From the NCBI GenBank assembly GCA_018650165.1, contig JABIGM010000041.1, positions 1 to 64,000 on the forward strand: a DNA stretch of 64,000 bases. Direction: 5' to 3'. The translations under genes and the position numbers were made by a program. Below the pieces are notes generated by a model that saw only the letters and a program-made list of their open reading frames with translations, did no database searches and was not told the origin of the DNA. Origin of the DNA: Methanobacteriota archaeon. Its GTDB lineage: Archaea; Thermoplasmatota; Poseidoniia; Poseidoniales; Poseidoniaceae. Positions 1 through 8,922 of the stretch are shown here, piece by piece. Numbering within the stretch: the first letter of the stretch is position 1; each line of letters begins with the position of its first letter.

Positions 1-1
1 A

Positions 2-580
2 CTCAATGTATTTTCGACTTTCACAGTAGGTCTCAGTACAGAACCTTCAATCATGAATAATGCTGCAGAACGCCTACTACATCTGGATCGTTCTCAGATT
101 AAGCGGTTGGCATCAGAAATTATTTCCGGGCAACTTCGTAGTACTATTTCTTCTCTAACCATTAAACAAATTAATTCTGACCGTGACCAATTACTAGATT
201 TAATGAGTAACAATGTGGGACGAGAACTTAATGAGGTAGGGATTAAAATAATCAATATTAACATCACTGAAATTATTGATGATTCGGAATCCACTGACCG
301 GGTTACAGAAGAGAAACTCACTCATTATCTTGGCTTGACAAAAAGAGCAAGGGCAAAAGCAACCCCCATTCCTTCTGAAGGCACACCTGAGGCTAAGCAA
401 TTAGAAGTGATGATGAGAATGGCAGATGATTATGCGAGTGATGCACAACATTTCATGGATAATGGTGATTATGTACGTGCATTTGGAGCAATAAATTATG
501 CCCATGCCTGGATTGATGCGGGTGTCAAGTTAAGATTGCTAGACGGCCACGGTGACGATGTTCTATTCACATTACCATGA
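2..580 (+). CDS. SPFH/flotillin-like domain fused to C-terminal DUF357 domain (5'-truncated by window edge)
   Basis: Frame is open from position 2 (LNVFSTFTVGLSTEPSIMNNAAERLL...ISGQLRSTISSLTIKQINSDRD, flotillin/YqiK-type SPFH). C-terminus MADDYASDAQHFMDNGDYVRAFGAINYAHAWIDAG is DUF357-like. Confidence 0.75.
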   Translation, partial: LNVFSTFTVGLSTEPSIMNNAAERLLHLDRSQIKRLASEIISGQLRSTISSLTIKQINSDRDQLLDLMSNNVGRELNEVGIKIININITEIIDDSESTDRVTEEKLTHYLGLTKRARAKATPIPSEGTPEAKQLEVMMRMADDYASDAQHFMDNGDYVRAFGAINYAHAWIDAGVKLRLLDGHGDDVLFTLP

Positions 581-590
581 AGGAAAGGGA

Positions 591-953
591 TTAGCCCACT
601 TGGCGTAAGTGAGAGCGGCCACTAACCTCAATCCAAGGTATATTTGCGATTGACATACGTCTTTTTAATTCAGTATCCACAGTCAGTATTGGCCAATTAT
701 GCTTAATTGCTAATTCTAGTAACTGATTATCGGTATGATTTCCGGATTCTGGGTTTGGGGTTACCATTTCCGCTTTTGAGAGTAACATTGGAATCATTAG
801 TTTACGGTCATTTAGAGATTCTAATTCTTTGATAACATTCGGGACAGTCGCTAGGTCTTTTGTCCCAGTACACTCGATTAGCGCATGATCAATATTGATG
901 CCTGCTTGGATGACTGCGGACCAGCCGCAGGCATCTATCAAGATTCTACGCAT
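591..953 (-). CDS. PIN-domain protein (Fcf1/Utp24-like archaeal family)
   Basis: RRILIDA...NVIKEL...TDNQLLELA...ILTVDTELKRR PIN pattern; conserved position after aIF2-gamma. Start set at ATG 953. Confidence 0.8.
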   Translation of the reverse strand: MRRILIDACGWSAVIQAGINIDHALIECTGTKDLATVPNVIKELESLNDRKLMIPMLLSKAEMVTPNPESGNHTDNQLLELAIKHNWPILTVDTELKRRMSIANIPWIEVSGRSHLRQVG

Positions 954-958
954 AGAAA

Positions 959-2197
959 TCACTCGATTGTACCATGGCCGATTAATCGCCATCGTGAACC
1001 TACTCGCCTTGAGAGGGATATCCTTTGACCACTATCGGCACAAATGGGTAAGCGTAGAGTCAAGGTTGCCTTCCCTTTTCCGGTATTGGAAACTACACCA
1101 ACACTAGTTGCAGTGGCAACATTGACCATCAACATTTCATTTGGCCTTAGTGGCATGATTGGAGATGCATCTTCGCCTTCACCCGCAACCATATTCTTCA
1201 TTAATTTTACAGATAGAATAACCGAATTACGAACTTCAGGTAGGTCTCCAATCCGAGCAACAACCTGGCCGGATAAATTGTCCGCAGTTGTTACTGCTGG
1301 ATCTAATGGAGTTGCCATGCCACAAAGACCACCTGCATGCATATTTTCAAGGCTCAATCCTCCGCCTTGCATGCTAGAAACCTTGGAATGGATTGGCTCA
1401 TAGTGAACTTTGTTTCCCTTCTCGACTTTTCGACCTGGGCCGATTACAATTTCATCACCAATGTTGAATTCACCTTCAACAATACTTCCTCCGATGACTC
1501 CTCCACGCAATTTAGTAGGTCTTGTTCCGGGTCTGTTGATGTCAAAAGAGCGTGCTACATGCATTATTGCTCTCTTGTCCTTTGAACGGTCAGGAGTTGG
1601 AATAGTCGCTTCAATAGCTTGAATCAAAATATCTAGATTCACGTCATGGTGCGCTGAAACAGGAATGATTGGCGCATCTTCAGCAATAGTTCCTTTCAGG
1701 AATTCTTTGATTTCAGAATGTGACTCAAGAGCACGCTCACGGCTTACTAGGTCGATTTTATTCTGTACGACTACTATATTGTTGATGCCTGCAATCTCAA
1801 GAGCCATCAAGTGCTCACGGGTCTGCGGTTGTGGGCATGTTTCGTTAGCAGCAACCATTAGCATTGCTCCATCCATGATACTTGCACCAGTAATCATAAT
1901 CGCCATCAAAGTCTCGTGACCTGGTGCATCGACAAATGAAATAACTCTCTGAAGTTCAGTAATGTCGTCATTTCCGCCTCCTGGCTTGCGCCCTGTAGCG
2001 TAATATTCACCCTTACTGGTTTTGTAAAATGCAGTATCTGCATATCCAAGTTTAATCGAGATTCCACGCTTACGTTCTTCTGAGTGGGTATCTGTCCAAA
2101 CACCGGACAATGCTTGTGTAAGAGTCGTTTTACCGTGGTCTACGTGACCGACTAATCCGATATTGATTTCTGGTTGAACAGGAAGCTTGCGTGCCAT
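959..2197 (-). CDS. eif2g: Translation initiation factor 2 subunit gamma (aIF2-gamma)
   Basis: QPEINIGLVGHVDHGKTT, RGISIKLGYAD, DAPGHE, NKID and RWRLIGHG motifs. Confidence 0.97.
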   Translation of the reverse strand: MARKLPVQPEINIGLVGHVDHGKTTLTQALSGVWTDTHSEERKRGISIKLGYADTAFYKTSKGEYYATGRKPGGGNDDITELQRVISFVDAPGHETLMAIMITGASIMDGAMLMVAANETCPQPQTREHLMALEIAGINNIVVVQNKIDLVSRERALESHSEIKEFLKGTIAEDAPIIPVSAHHDVNLDILIQAIEATIPTPDRSKDKRAIMHVARSFDINRPGTRPTKLRGGVIGGSIVEGEFNIGDEIVIGPGRKVEKGNKVHYEPIHSKVSSMQGGGLSLENMHAGGLCGMATPLDPAVTTADNLSGQVVARIGDLPEVRNSVILSVKLMKNMVAGEGEDASPIMPLRPNEMLMVNVATATSVGVVSNTGKGKATLTLRLPICADSGQRISLSRRVGSRWRLIGHGTIE

Positions 2198-2238
2198 GCT
2201 TCCTCTCACCTCAGATACTACAGATCAGCCTCGCGGCT

Positions 2239-2721
2239 TCACTCACTGCTCTCCTCTGAAATAGCTCCGAGGATGTCTGCGAGGCTCTTGTTAGCAGCCT
2301 CTACGACTTTGAGATTAATCTGACGTGTATCTTGTGTGATTGTGTTTCCACGGAAGAAACGGCGCTTCCTCATACCATCTGGCTTGTAGCGGAATCGCTT
2401 CTTTTCGCCACCTTTTGCCTTGTGTACTAGGCTATGTCCTTTGAAACCGGTTGATGCGGTAACTAGGATAGATTGGCGAGAACCTCCTGAAAGGTCAGCA
2501 CGCATTGGTGTTCCGGTTTTATCCGAACCGCCAGTGATTTCTAATTTGTATCCAGCAAGGGTTTGTTCTCCCTCTCCTACGAAGATTCCATCGACGACAT
2601 CACCGATTTTCTTACCAAGAAATTGTGAGAGATTGTTACCACTCACATTCATGTTGTACGAGCGTCCACCATTGGCGGAATCTGTGTCATTGACTACTGC
2701 GACGAATGTACTATCAGCCAT
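2239..2721 (-). CDS. rps6e: 30S ribosomal protein S6e
   Basis: FLGKKIGD...YKLEITGGSDKTGTPMRADL...RKRRFFRGNTI...QINLKV signature; sits upstream of eif2g as in the conserved archaeal cluster. Confidence 0.95.
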   Translation of the reverse strand: MADSTFVAVVNDTDSANGGRSYNMNVSGNNLSQFLGKKIGDVVDGIFVGEGEQTLAGYKLEITGGSDKTGTPMRADLSGGSRQSILVTASTGFKGHSLVHKAKGGEKKRFRYKPDGMRKRRFFRGNTITQDTRQINLKVVEAANKSLADILGAISEESSE

Positions 2722-2794
2722 GGTATCAACTCTTTGAGCAACCTGCCGACATAGGACGGGTATTTAGCCCCTTTGTGCCGAACCAAATCTCGTT

Positions 2795-3979
2795 TTAGCG
2801 GCGTAGTCTTGTGGGAATCAGTGTTTCTAAGCGTCTTGCAACATCACTAGGGAGCATGTGGGGCATGGAGATGTGCTGTGTTCTACCGCGCCCGACCTCT
2901 GATTTCGCAGTTCGCGTTACAACGATATCTTCTTGCGCCAAACGCTTAATGTGCTTCCAAAATGTCGTGTAACCTTTTGGGTCTTGGTCATATTCTTCAC
3001 AAACAACATTGTACAATTTTTCAGCTTCGCCAGTTGTTACATTTTCTTGTCGTTTTAGTCTACGACATATTCCTAACAATATCAACATCGCATGCGGAGG
3101 TATTTCCTCGAGAGCCATAGAATCAACATTGGTTGGCATTGTAACCACAGTTTTCTGGACATCCTTTGATTCAATTGATGAGCGCCCAGATGCTTCAGCA
3201 CGCTTTGCGGCACCCTCTAACAACTCAATCGACTGACGTGCATCGCCAGAAGGTGCTGCTGCTTGAGAAATTAAGTCCAAAATTTCATCCGGGCAAGTTC
3301 CTGTTACCAAACCTAAATCTCGCCTCTGTGATACGATTTTCAACAGTCCTTGCTCATCATACGGTGGTATTCTGATGTGATTTGTTCTCCCCATACGTGA
3401 AATAACAGCACCTTCGAGTAAATCCAGAACCTGCTCTTGACTAATCAAAATTAGTGAAAGCGTGCCTGCTTTGTCACGGTCCTCATCGATTCGCATCAAT
3501 TTGTAGATCACATCATCACCAGATTGCCTTAACAGGTGGTCAACTTCATCTAATACGACAATGAGATGTGAGTTTTGTCCTTTCATCATTCTTCTAAGAC
3601 TCGTTAGCAATTCACCAACTCCAAGCCCTCGGTCTGGGTGCCCAGGGTCTAAGTCCTGCACTATTTTTTGCATAACCCTAGATGCAGTTGCTGCATTTCG
3701 GCAATTAACATGAACAGTCTTGATATTTCTTTTCTCGGCAAGATGTCTCTCAATATCAATGCAGAATCGCTTTACTAGGACGGTTTTACCCGAACCAACG
3801 GGACCAGTAACAACAGCTCGTCCGGTTCCTTCTGGGTGTGCAATACTGCTGAATATCGATGCGAGTTGGCCTTGGATTTCATCTCTACCAACGAGGTCTT
3901 CCGGTATGTAATCAAACCCAAAAACTTCAGGATTTGCCAAGACGAGGCCGGCACCGATACGGTCCAAATAGGAACTCAT
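2795..3979 (-). CDS. cdc6: Cdc6/Orc1 replication initiator (AAA+ plus winged helix)
   Basis: FGFDYIPEDLVGRD N-terminus, Walker A GPVGSGKT, HVNCR, Walker B VLDEVD, GDARQSIELL, C-terminal wHTH ending GRGRT. Confidence 0.95.
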   Translation of the reverse strand: MSSYLDRIGAGLVLANPEVFGFDYIPEDLVGRDEIQGQLASIFSSIAHPEGTGRAVVTGPVGSGKTVLVKRFCIDIERHLAEKRNIKTVHVNCRNAATASRVMQKIVQDLDPGHPDRGLGVGELLTSLRRMMKGQNSHLIVVLDEVDHLLRQSGDDVIYKLMRIDEDRDKAGTLSLILISQEQVLDLLEGAVISRMGRTNHIRIPPYDEQGLLKIVSQRRDLGLVTGTCPDEILDLISQAAAPSGDARQSIELLEGAAKRAEASGRSSIESKDVQKTVVTMPTNVDSMALEEIPPHAMLILLGICRRLKRQENVTTGEAEKLYNVVCEEYDQDPKGYTTFWKHIKRLAQEDIVVTRTAKSEVGRGRTQHISMPHMLPSDVARRLETLIPTRLRR

Positions 3980-4012
3980 GACTACAGATGGTCATCGTCT
4001 AGGGTTATTGAA

Positions 4013-4026
4013 CTTTCAACTGGAAG
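4013..4026 (-). promoter_or_regulatory. Mini-ORB (Cdc6/Orc1 binding box) in the cdc6 promoter
   Basis: Minus strand reads CTTCCAGTTGAAAG, matching mini-ORB TCCAnTnGAAA. It lies directly upstream of an AT-rich TTCAATAA element and ends 33 nt before the cdc6 ATG. No G-string. Confidence 0.6.
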
Positions 4027-4032
4027 AGGGCC

Positions 4033-5139
4033 TCAAGGTATCTCATCGAACTGATATCCGGTTTCCCACTTCTTATCGCCAAGGGCGACTTCGAGTTCAA
4101 ATGGAGTCACTAATGGCTTGGCGTACCTTACCGAATCATCAATTGCAATTCGGGGGCATGCCGTGTTGACAAAAGCATCCACTGGATAGAAGTCAATTAG
4201 TTCAGGTCCAACATGTTCAAGCGCCAACAGGTAGCCTTTTTTACCGTGCTTCGCAAGTGATCTCTTCAGTTTGAGAGCCAGGCTTCGACGCATTTGCCCC
4301 GGTTTTTCACCGATAAGAATTGCAAAATTTTGAGATTCTTGAATTGCCATTATTAGACCGAACCTTTGTCGAAGAATTCTTTCGATACGTTCTGCGCCCA
4401 TTTCGCTAGCATCTCCGGTGTATGGGTCAAGCATTGCTAATGGCTTCCCTGTATGTAATGCCAAACCAATTGGATGGAAATCTCCGCTTCCAAGGAATAC
4501 ATAGTGTCCAATTTCATCATCATCGCCCGAGTAGTTGCAACCAAGAACTTGTCCAGGGAAGGTAAGTCTTGCACCGCCAACAGGAACTTCAACCACATAT
4601 CCAGCTGCTTCGAAGCGTTCTTTGTAATCGAAAACGAGATGAAGATGTTGAATTGAAGCGACTAATCCCAGTTTAGTGCCTTTCAGGGGAGCGACTCGAC
4701 CCACAGCATCGAGGAATCTCTCTTTCGCTTCTTCTTCACTCAACTCGGAAACATCTCCTTCTGCTAATCTTGCTTGTGCGATAGCACGGTGTTGTGCTAG
4801 TATTGGTAACACCGGATCTATGGCGGGGTCGCCATCATAAGTGACATCAATGAATTGTGTAGGCATCCCTGAATCAATATTCATCTGTGAATGACCCATG
4901 TGTGCGACTAATTCAACGCCCATCATCTTCATTTTGTCATGGACTAGGTCGCAAGCACCATAGCAAGGATCCGCTGCTAGGATTACTTTAGCAGAAGTTT
5001 CATCTTCGATTTCATCCATCATTTCGAGAGCCTGCATCTTTAGGCCTTCTGGAATTTGAAGGGCTATTAAACGATGGTCATGGCCTTTGATACGTTCAAT
5101 CAACTCAGAGAGTTGGAAGTCGTGGCGCTCAAGGTCCAT
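4033..5139 (-). CDS. dph2: Diphthamide biosynthesis enzyme Dph2 (2-(3-amino-3-carboxypropyl)histidine synthase)
   Basis: LQIPEGLK, CYGACD, VLGCNYS, GSGDFH and NTACPR motifs, including the three Fe-S cysteines. Confidence 0.95.
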   Translation of the reverse strand: MDLERHDFQLSELIERIKGHDHRLIALQIPEGLKMQALEMMDEIEDETSAKVILAADPCYGACDLVHDKMKMMGVELVAHMGHSQMNIDSGMPTQFIDVTYDGDPAIDPVLPILAQHRAIAQARLAEGDVSELSEEEAKERFLDAVGRVAPLKGTKLGLVASIQHLHLVFDYKERFEAAGYVVEVPVGGARLTFPGQVLGCNYSGDDDEIGHYVFLGSGDFHPIGLALHTGKPLAMLDPYTGDASEMGAERIERILRQRFGLIMAIQESQNFAILIGEKPGQMRRSLALKLKRSLAKHGKKGYLLALEHVGPELIDFYPVDAFVNTACPRIAIDDSVRYAKPLVTPFELEVALGDKKWETGYQFDEIP

Positions 5140-5189
5140 GTATCACTCGCATGACCTCACGTTGAAGAGGCTGCCGGAAGATATCAGAA

Positions 5190-5591
5190 TCAGTCTTCAG
5201 CCAAGAAATTAATGTATTCTTCATCTTCGAGTAGATTTTCCATATCTACATCATGCGGATCTAGTATCACAATCCAGCCCAAATCATAAGGCGAATCATT
5301 AACCAATTCTGGATTAATCTCTACTTCACCATTCACTTCTGCAATCTGTCCTGCAAAAGGGCTTGGGAAAGTCAATTTTTCATCTGCTGTCCATATTGAG
5401 AACAAACTTTGCTCTTCATCTACTTCAGTTTCAGCATGCGGTAGTATCACACGTAGGATTTCTCCTATGTCAGAACTAAGGTAATCGGATATACCAATTA
5501 CCAACCTATCGTCCTTTTCTTGGAACCAAACATGGTCCCTCGAATACTTGCGACTACCTGCTATGCCAAACTCCATGACTTCTTCATCCAT
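5190..5591 (-). CDS. Glycine cleavage H-protein-like protein lacking the lipoyl lysine
   Basis: KYSRDHVW...IGISDY...GEILRVILP...SPFAGQIAEVN...PELVNDSPYDLGWI is the GcvH fold; the ESVK lipoylation site is replaced by WTAD. Confidence 0.85.
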   Translation of the reverse strand: MDEEVMEFGIAGSRKYSRDHVWFQEKDDRLVIGISDYLSSDIGEILRVILPHAETEVDEEQSLFSIWTADEKLTFPSPFAGQIAEVNGEVEINPELVNDSPYDLGWIVILDPHDVDMENLLEDEEYINFLAED

Positions 5592-5699
5592 GGTATCAAC
5601 CTAGTGGGCCCGTTTGACAAGTAATATATGAACACACTGCAAGAACTCAATATTTACACAGGGGCATGGCTCAAATGCTTTGGCGCATTGGCCTGTAAC

Positions 5700-6872
5700 A
5701 TGCGCTTCGAAGAGACTGATGAGCAGCAGATGATTCGTGAACTGGTCAGAGACTTCGCTGAGACAGTTCTACCGCCGACCATTGAGCATCGAGATGCAAA
5801 TCAGATACCACCTGCGGAAGAGTGGACGCAGTTCATCGAATACGGTCTTCAAGGAATTACAATTCCCGAAGAATATGGCGGCAATCCAGTAGACGATATT
5901 TCAGAATCAATAATTATTGAGGAACTTGCAAGAGTCGACCCATCTTTTGCAGTAATGTACTGTGTACATGTAGGATTATGCTCCAAAACGATCGCTCTTC
6001 ATGGCAACGATGAGCAGAAAGCCAAGTATTTGCCAAGGCTAGCCGCTGGTGAAGTCGGAGCCTATTCTTTGTCAGAGGCTGGAGCAGGTACTGACGCTGC
6101 AGCAATGGTCTGCAAAGCGAAATTATCCGATGATGGTAGCCATTACATTTTGAATGGTGAAAAAATGTGGGTTACCAATGGTGCTCAAGCCCAAATTTAT
6201 GTATTATTTGCTAAAGATGTAGATCACCCAGATTATGGTGTAAAGAAGCACGGAGGATCTACTGCATTCATTGTAGAGCAATCATTTGAAGGATTTACAG
6301 TTGGCAAGAAAGAAGATAAGTTAGGAATCAGATCATCGGATACCTGTACACTAGTTCTTGAAGATTGTAAGGTTCCAGTTGAAAACGCGATTAAAGGTTC
6401 GGGCAAAGGTTTCGCAATCGCAATGAATGCTTTAGATAATTCACGAATTGGAATTGCAGCTCAGGCACTTGGTATTGCCCAAGGGGCATATGAGGCTGCA
6501 CTGAAGTATGCTCATGAAAGAGAGGCATTCGGTAAACCAATCGCACATCACCAAATGATAACATCATATCTCGCAGATATGGCTACACGCATAGATGCGG
6601 CGAGACTATTGGTCTATAGAGCCTCATATGCTAAGGAAGAGCACTATACTAACGACGGTCCAAGACATACGAAAGAAGCCAGTATGGCAAAGTTGTTTGC
6701 GGGCGACACAGCAATGTGGGTCTCGGAGAGAGCAGTACAAATCCTCGGCGGATATGGATATACCAAGGAATTCCCTGTTGAACGATTTTTCAGAGATGCT
6801 AAGATTACTCAAATCTATGAAGGAACTCAAGAAGTTCAACGTATCGTTATAGCGCGTGCAATTCAACCCTGA
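5700..6872 (+). CDS. Acyl-CoA dehydrogenase (short-chain/butyryl-CoA type)
   Basis: YSLSEAGAGTD, LNGEKMWVTN, KLGIRSS, QILGGYGY, IYEGTQEVQR (catalytic Glu). Start set at ATG 5700. Confidence 0.93.
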   Translation: MRFEETDEQQMIRELVRDFAETVLPPTIEHRDANQIPPAEEWTQFIEYGLQGITIPEEYGGNPVDDISESIIIEELARVDPSFAVMYCVHVGLCSKTIALHGNDEQKAKYLPRLAAGEVGAYSLSEAGAGTDAAAMVCKAKLSDDGSHYILNGEKMWVTNGAQAQIYVLFAKDVDHPDYGVKKHGGSTAFIVEQSFEGFTVGKKEDKLGIRSSDTCTLVLEDCKVPVENAIKGSGKGFAIAMNALDNSRIGIAAQALGIAQGAYEAALKYAHEREAFGKPIAHHQMITSYLADMATRIDAARLLVYRASYAKEEHYTNDGPRHTKEASMAKLFAGDTAMWVSERAVQILGGYGYTKEFPVERFFRDAKITQIYEGTQEVQRIVIARAIQP

Positions 6873-6955
6873 ATAGAGAATAGTAAACATATTGCGCTTT
6901 TGAATTCCAGTGGCTGGATAAACAAATCCATTATGTATGGCGCTAAGGGGAGTTC

Positions 6956-8296
6956 ATGAGGCATTTCTTTCCATTGCTGGTAATTTTGCTTCTCGCACCA
7001 TTGGCGCAGGCCCAGAGTTTTGATGAGGCACTACAAGATTGCCCGGGTCTCCTGCTTGCGACTGGTTCCAATACCCAACAAATCCATCTTCAAATGACAG
7101 ACGACCCGACGGAAATGACCGTCATCTGGGCTACAGATGGTCTAAGTGAGAACGAAATAGTGGAGTATCAACCTAGCTCAAATGTAGGTGAGGTAGATGC
7201 TGAAAACTACTGCTACGGTAATCATAACATGGCATTTCACATGGCAACGATGACGGGACTACCGCTCGGTCAGGAAATAGAATATCGAGTTGGTAATATA
7301 AATTCTGATATGTCCGAATGGTACAATTTTACCACAATAGATCCTTCAGCAACTCATTTTGAATGGATTTCCATTGCTGACCATGGTGATTCTAGTGAAG
7401 GAATGGATGTTAGTGAGGCGATAATTGCCGATACTGATGCACAGATGGTAACTGTTTCAGGAGATATCTCCTATGCTGACGGCGAACAAACTGCCTGGGA
7501 TAATTGGTTCAACTTCCAACAAGAAAGCATGACTGTAATCCCTTGGTTAACAGCAGTAGGCAATCATGAGAATGAGCCCGGCTACGAATTTGCTCCCTAC
7601 GAACATCGATTTGATTCAGACCAACAAATAGAATCTGAAACATTCTGGTACAGTCGAAATGTCCCAGGAGTGCACATGGTCTTCATGTCGACAGAACATG
7701 ATTACGCACCAGGAAGTACCCAGTATTCTTGGCTTGAACAAGATCTTAGTTCAGTCAATCGAGATGTGACTCCTTTTGTGATTGTTTATGGCCACAAGCC
7801 GATGTATTCCAGTAACAGTTACCACGGCTCAGAAGTAGAGTTACGTGATTCTTTGGAAGAGATGTATGTGGCTCAGGGTGTTGATTTGGTGATTGCAGGA
7901 CACGACCATTTCTATGAACGTACATGGCCGGTATCTGCAGAGGCTGTAATGGATACAGGCAACGACGATAGATTCTCTCGTGGTGAAGGACCCATCCATC
8001 TAGTCATCGGAATCGCCGGTCGTTCTGCATACGAAGAATTAGATGAACCACAACCCGAATGGAGCGCTTACAGAGAAAACAACAGTTATGGTTGGACGCG
8101 TTTGGTGTATGACGGTGATGTTAGGGAACTAACCTTGACCCACCACCGAATCGATGGAACCATTGGAGATCAATTCACAATTCAGGAATCTACCTCAATT
8201 GTTGAATCCGATGATTCGAGTGCATTAGGCCATATTGGCATGGATTCCGTATTCGCAATTGTTGCACTATTGGGCGCAGCTTTACGCAAGCGGTAA
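6956..8296 (+). CDS. Secreted purple-acid-phosphatase-family metallophosphoesterase with FN3-like N-domain and C-terminal membrane anchor
   Basis: Signal peptide; QQIHL...MTVIWAT FN3-like region; motifs ADHG, GDISYAD, GNHE, GHKPMY, GHDHFYER; hydrophobic tail ending RKR. Confidence 0.9.
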   Translation: MRHFFPLLVILLLAPLAQAQSFDEALQDCPGLLLATGSNTQQIHLQMTDDPTEMTVIWATDGLSENEIVEYQPSSNVGEVDAENYCYGNHNMAFHMATMTGLPLGQEIEYRVGNINSDMSEWYNFTTIDPSATHFEWISIADHGDSSEGMDVSEAIIADTDAQMVTVSGDISYADGEQTAWDNWFNFQQESMTVIPWLTAVGNHENEPGYEFAPYEHRFDSDQQIESETFWYSRNVPGVHMVFMSTEHDYAPGSTQYSWLEQDLSSVNRDVTPFVIVYGHKPMYSSNSYHGSEVELRDSLEEMYVAQGVDLVIAGHDHFYERTWPVSAEAVMDTGNDDRFSRGEGPIHLVIGIAGRSAYEELDEPQPEWSAYRENNSYGWTRLVYDGDVRELTLTHHRIDGTIGDQFTIQESTSIVESDDSSALGHIGMDSVFAIVALLGAALRKR

Positions 8297-8430
8297 AGAA
8301 AAATTCGTAGATGTTCAATAATTTTTATGTCACTTATTCGTCATTTCCTGAAGCATCCCATGAAATTGCTACGCACAATATCTGGATTGCATAAACAATA
8401 GGCTAAGTATGATGTTGATTACCTCGCGGC

Positions 8431-8922
8431 ATGAAAACCACTGTAATTGCCTTGTTGCTACTCTCTGTATGTGCGATTCCAGCAGTTAGTGCCCACAACA
8501 GTACTGTTGACACAATAATCACTGTTGACAGTACTAATCTTCGTTTCAGTCCCTCGACTGTAACTATTACAGAAGGTGATGCAGTGCGCTTCTTTTGGGA
8601 TGGACAATTACTTCCGCACAATGCAGTAGAAGAGAATGAAACATTCGATTCAGGTGATACAGAAACAGATGAAGATTACAGATTCGTATTCCTCCCTGGT
8701 ATGAATGGTACCTTCGAGTACTATTGTGAGCCGCACCGTAATCTAGGGATGGTCGGCCAGATCATTGTTAACCCAGCCCCCGCAGTTGAAAATAATACAA
8801 CTGAAGATACTGAGGAAGAGGTAATGGCTGAAGAAGAGTCCATGCCATTCCTTTCAATGCCACTACTAACTCTTGTACTAGCAGTTGCAGTCGTAGTTCA
8901 CAAAAAAGATGAATCAGAGTAG
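8431..8922 (+). CDS. Blue-copper (halocyanin/plastocyanin-like) cupredoxin, membrane anchored
   Basis: FSPSTVTITEGDAV, HNA and YYCEPHRNLGMVG type-1 copper ligands; signal peptide; acidic linker; C-terminal TM segment followed by KK. Confidence 0.92.
   Translation: MKTTVIALLLLSVCAIPAVSAHNSTVDTIITVDSTNLRFSPSTVTITEGDAVRFFWDGQLLPHNAVEENETFDSGDTETDEDYRFVFLPGMNGTFEYYCEPHRNLGMVGQIIVNPAPAVENNTTEDTEEEVMAEEESMPFLSMPLLTLVLAVAVVVHKKDESE

Noticed and set aside
2722-4032. Replication origin adjacent to cdc6
   Set aside because: The flanking gaps are only 73 and 53 bp, with no repeated full ORBs, G-strings or AT-rich unwinding element; only a single promoter mini-ORB is supported.
2718-5600. Identical GTTGATACCATGG upstream of rps6e and the gcvH-like gene
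   Set aside because: Explained as an SD-like GGTGAT variant plus start codon context, not a separate regulatory repeat.
6905-6913. TTCCAGTGG resembling an ORB half
   Set aside because: It is followed by CTGG rather than AAA, is a single copy and has no G-string; probably chance.
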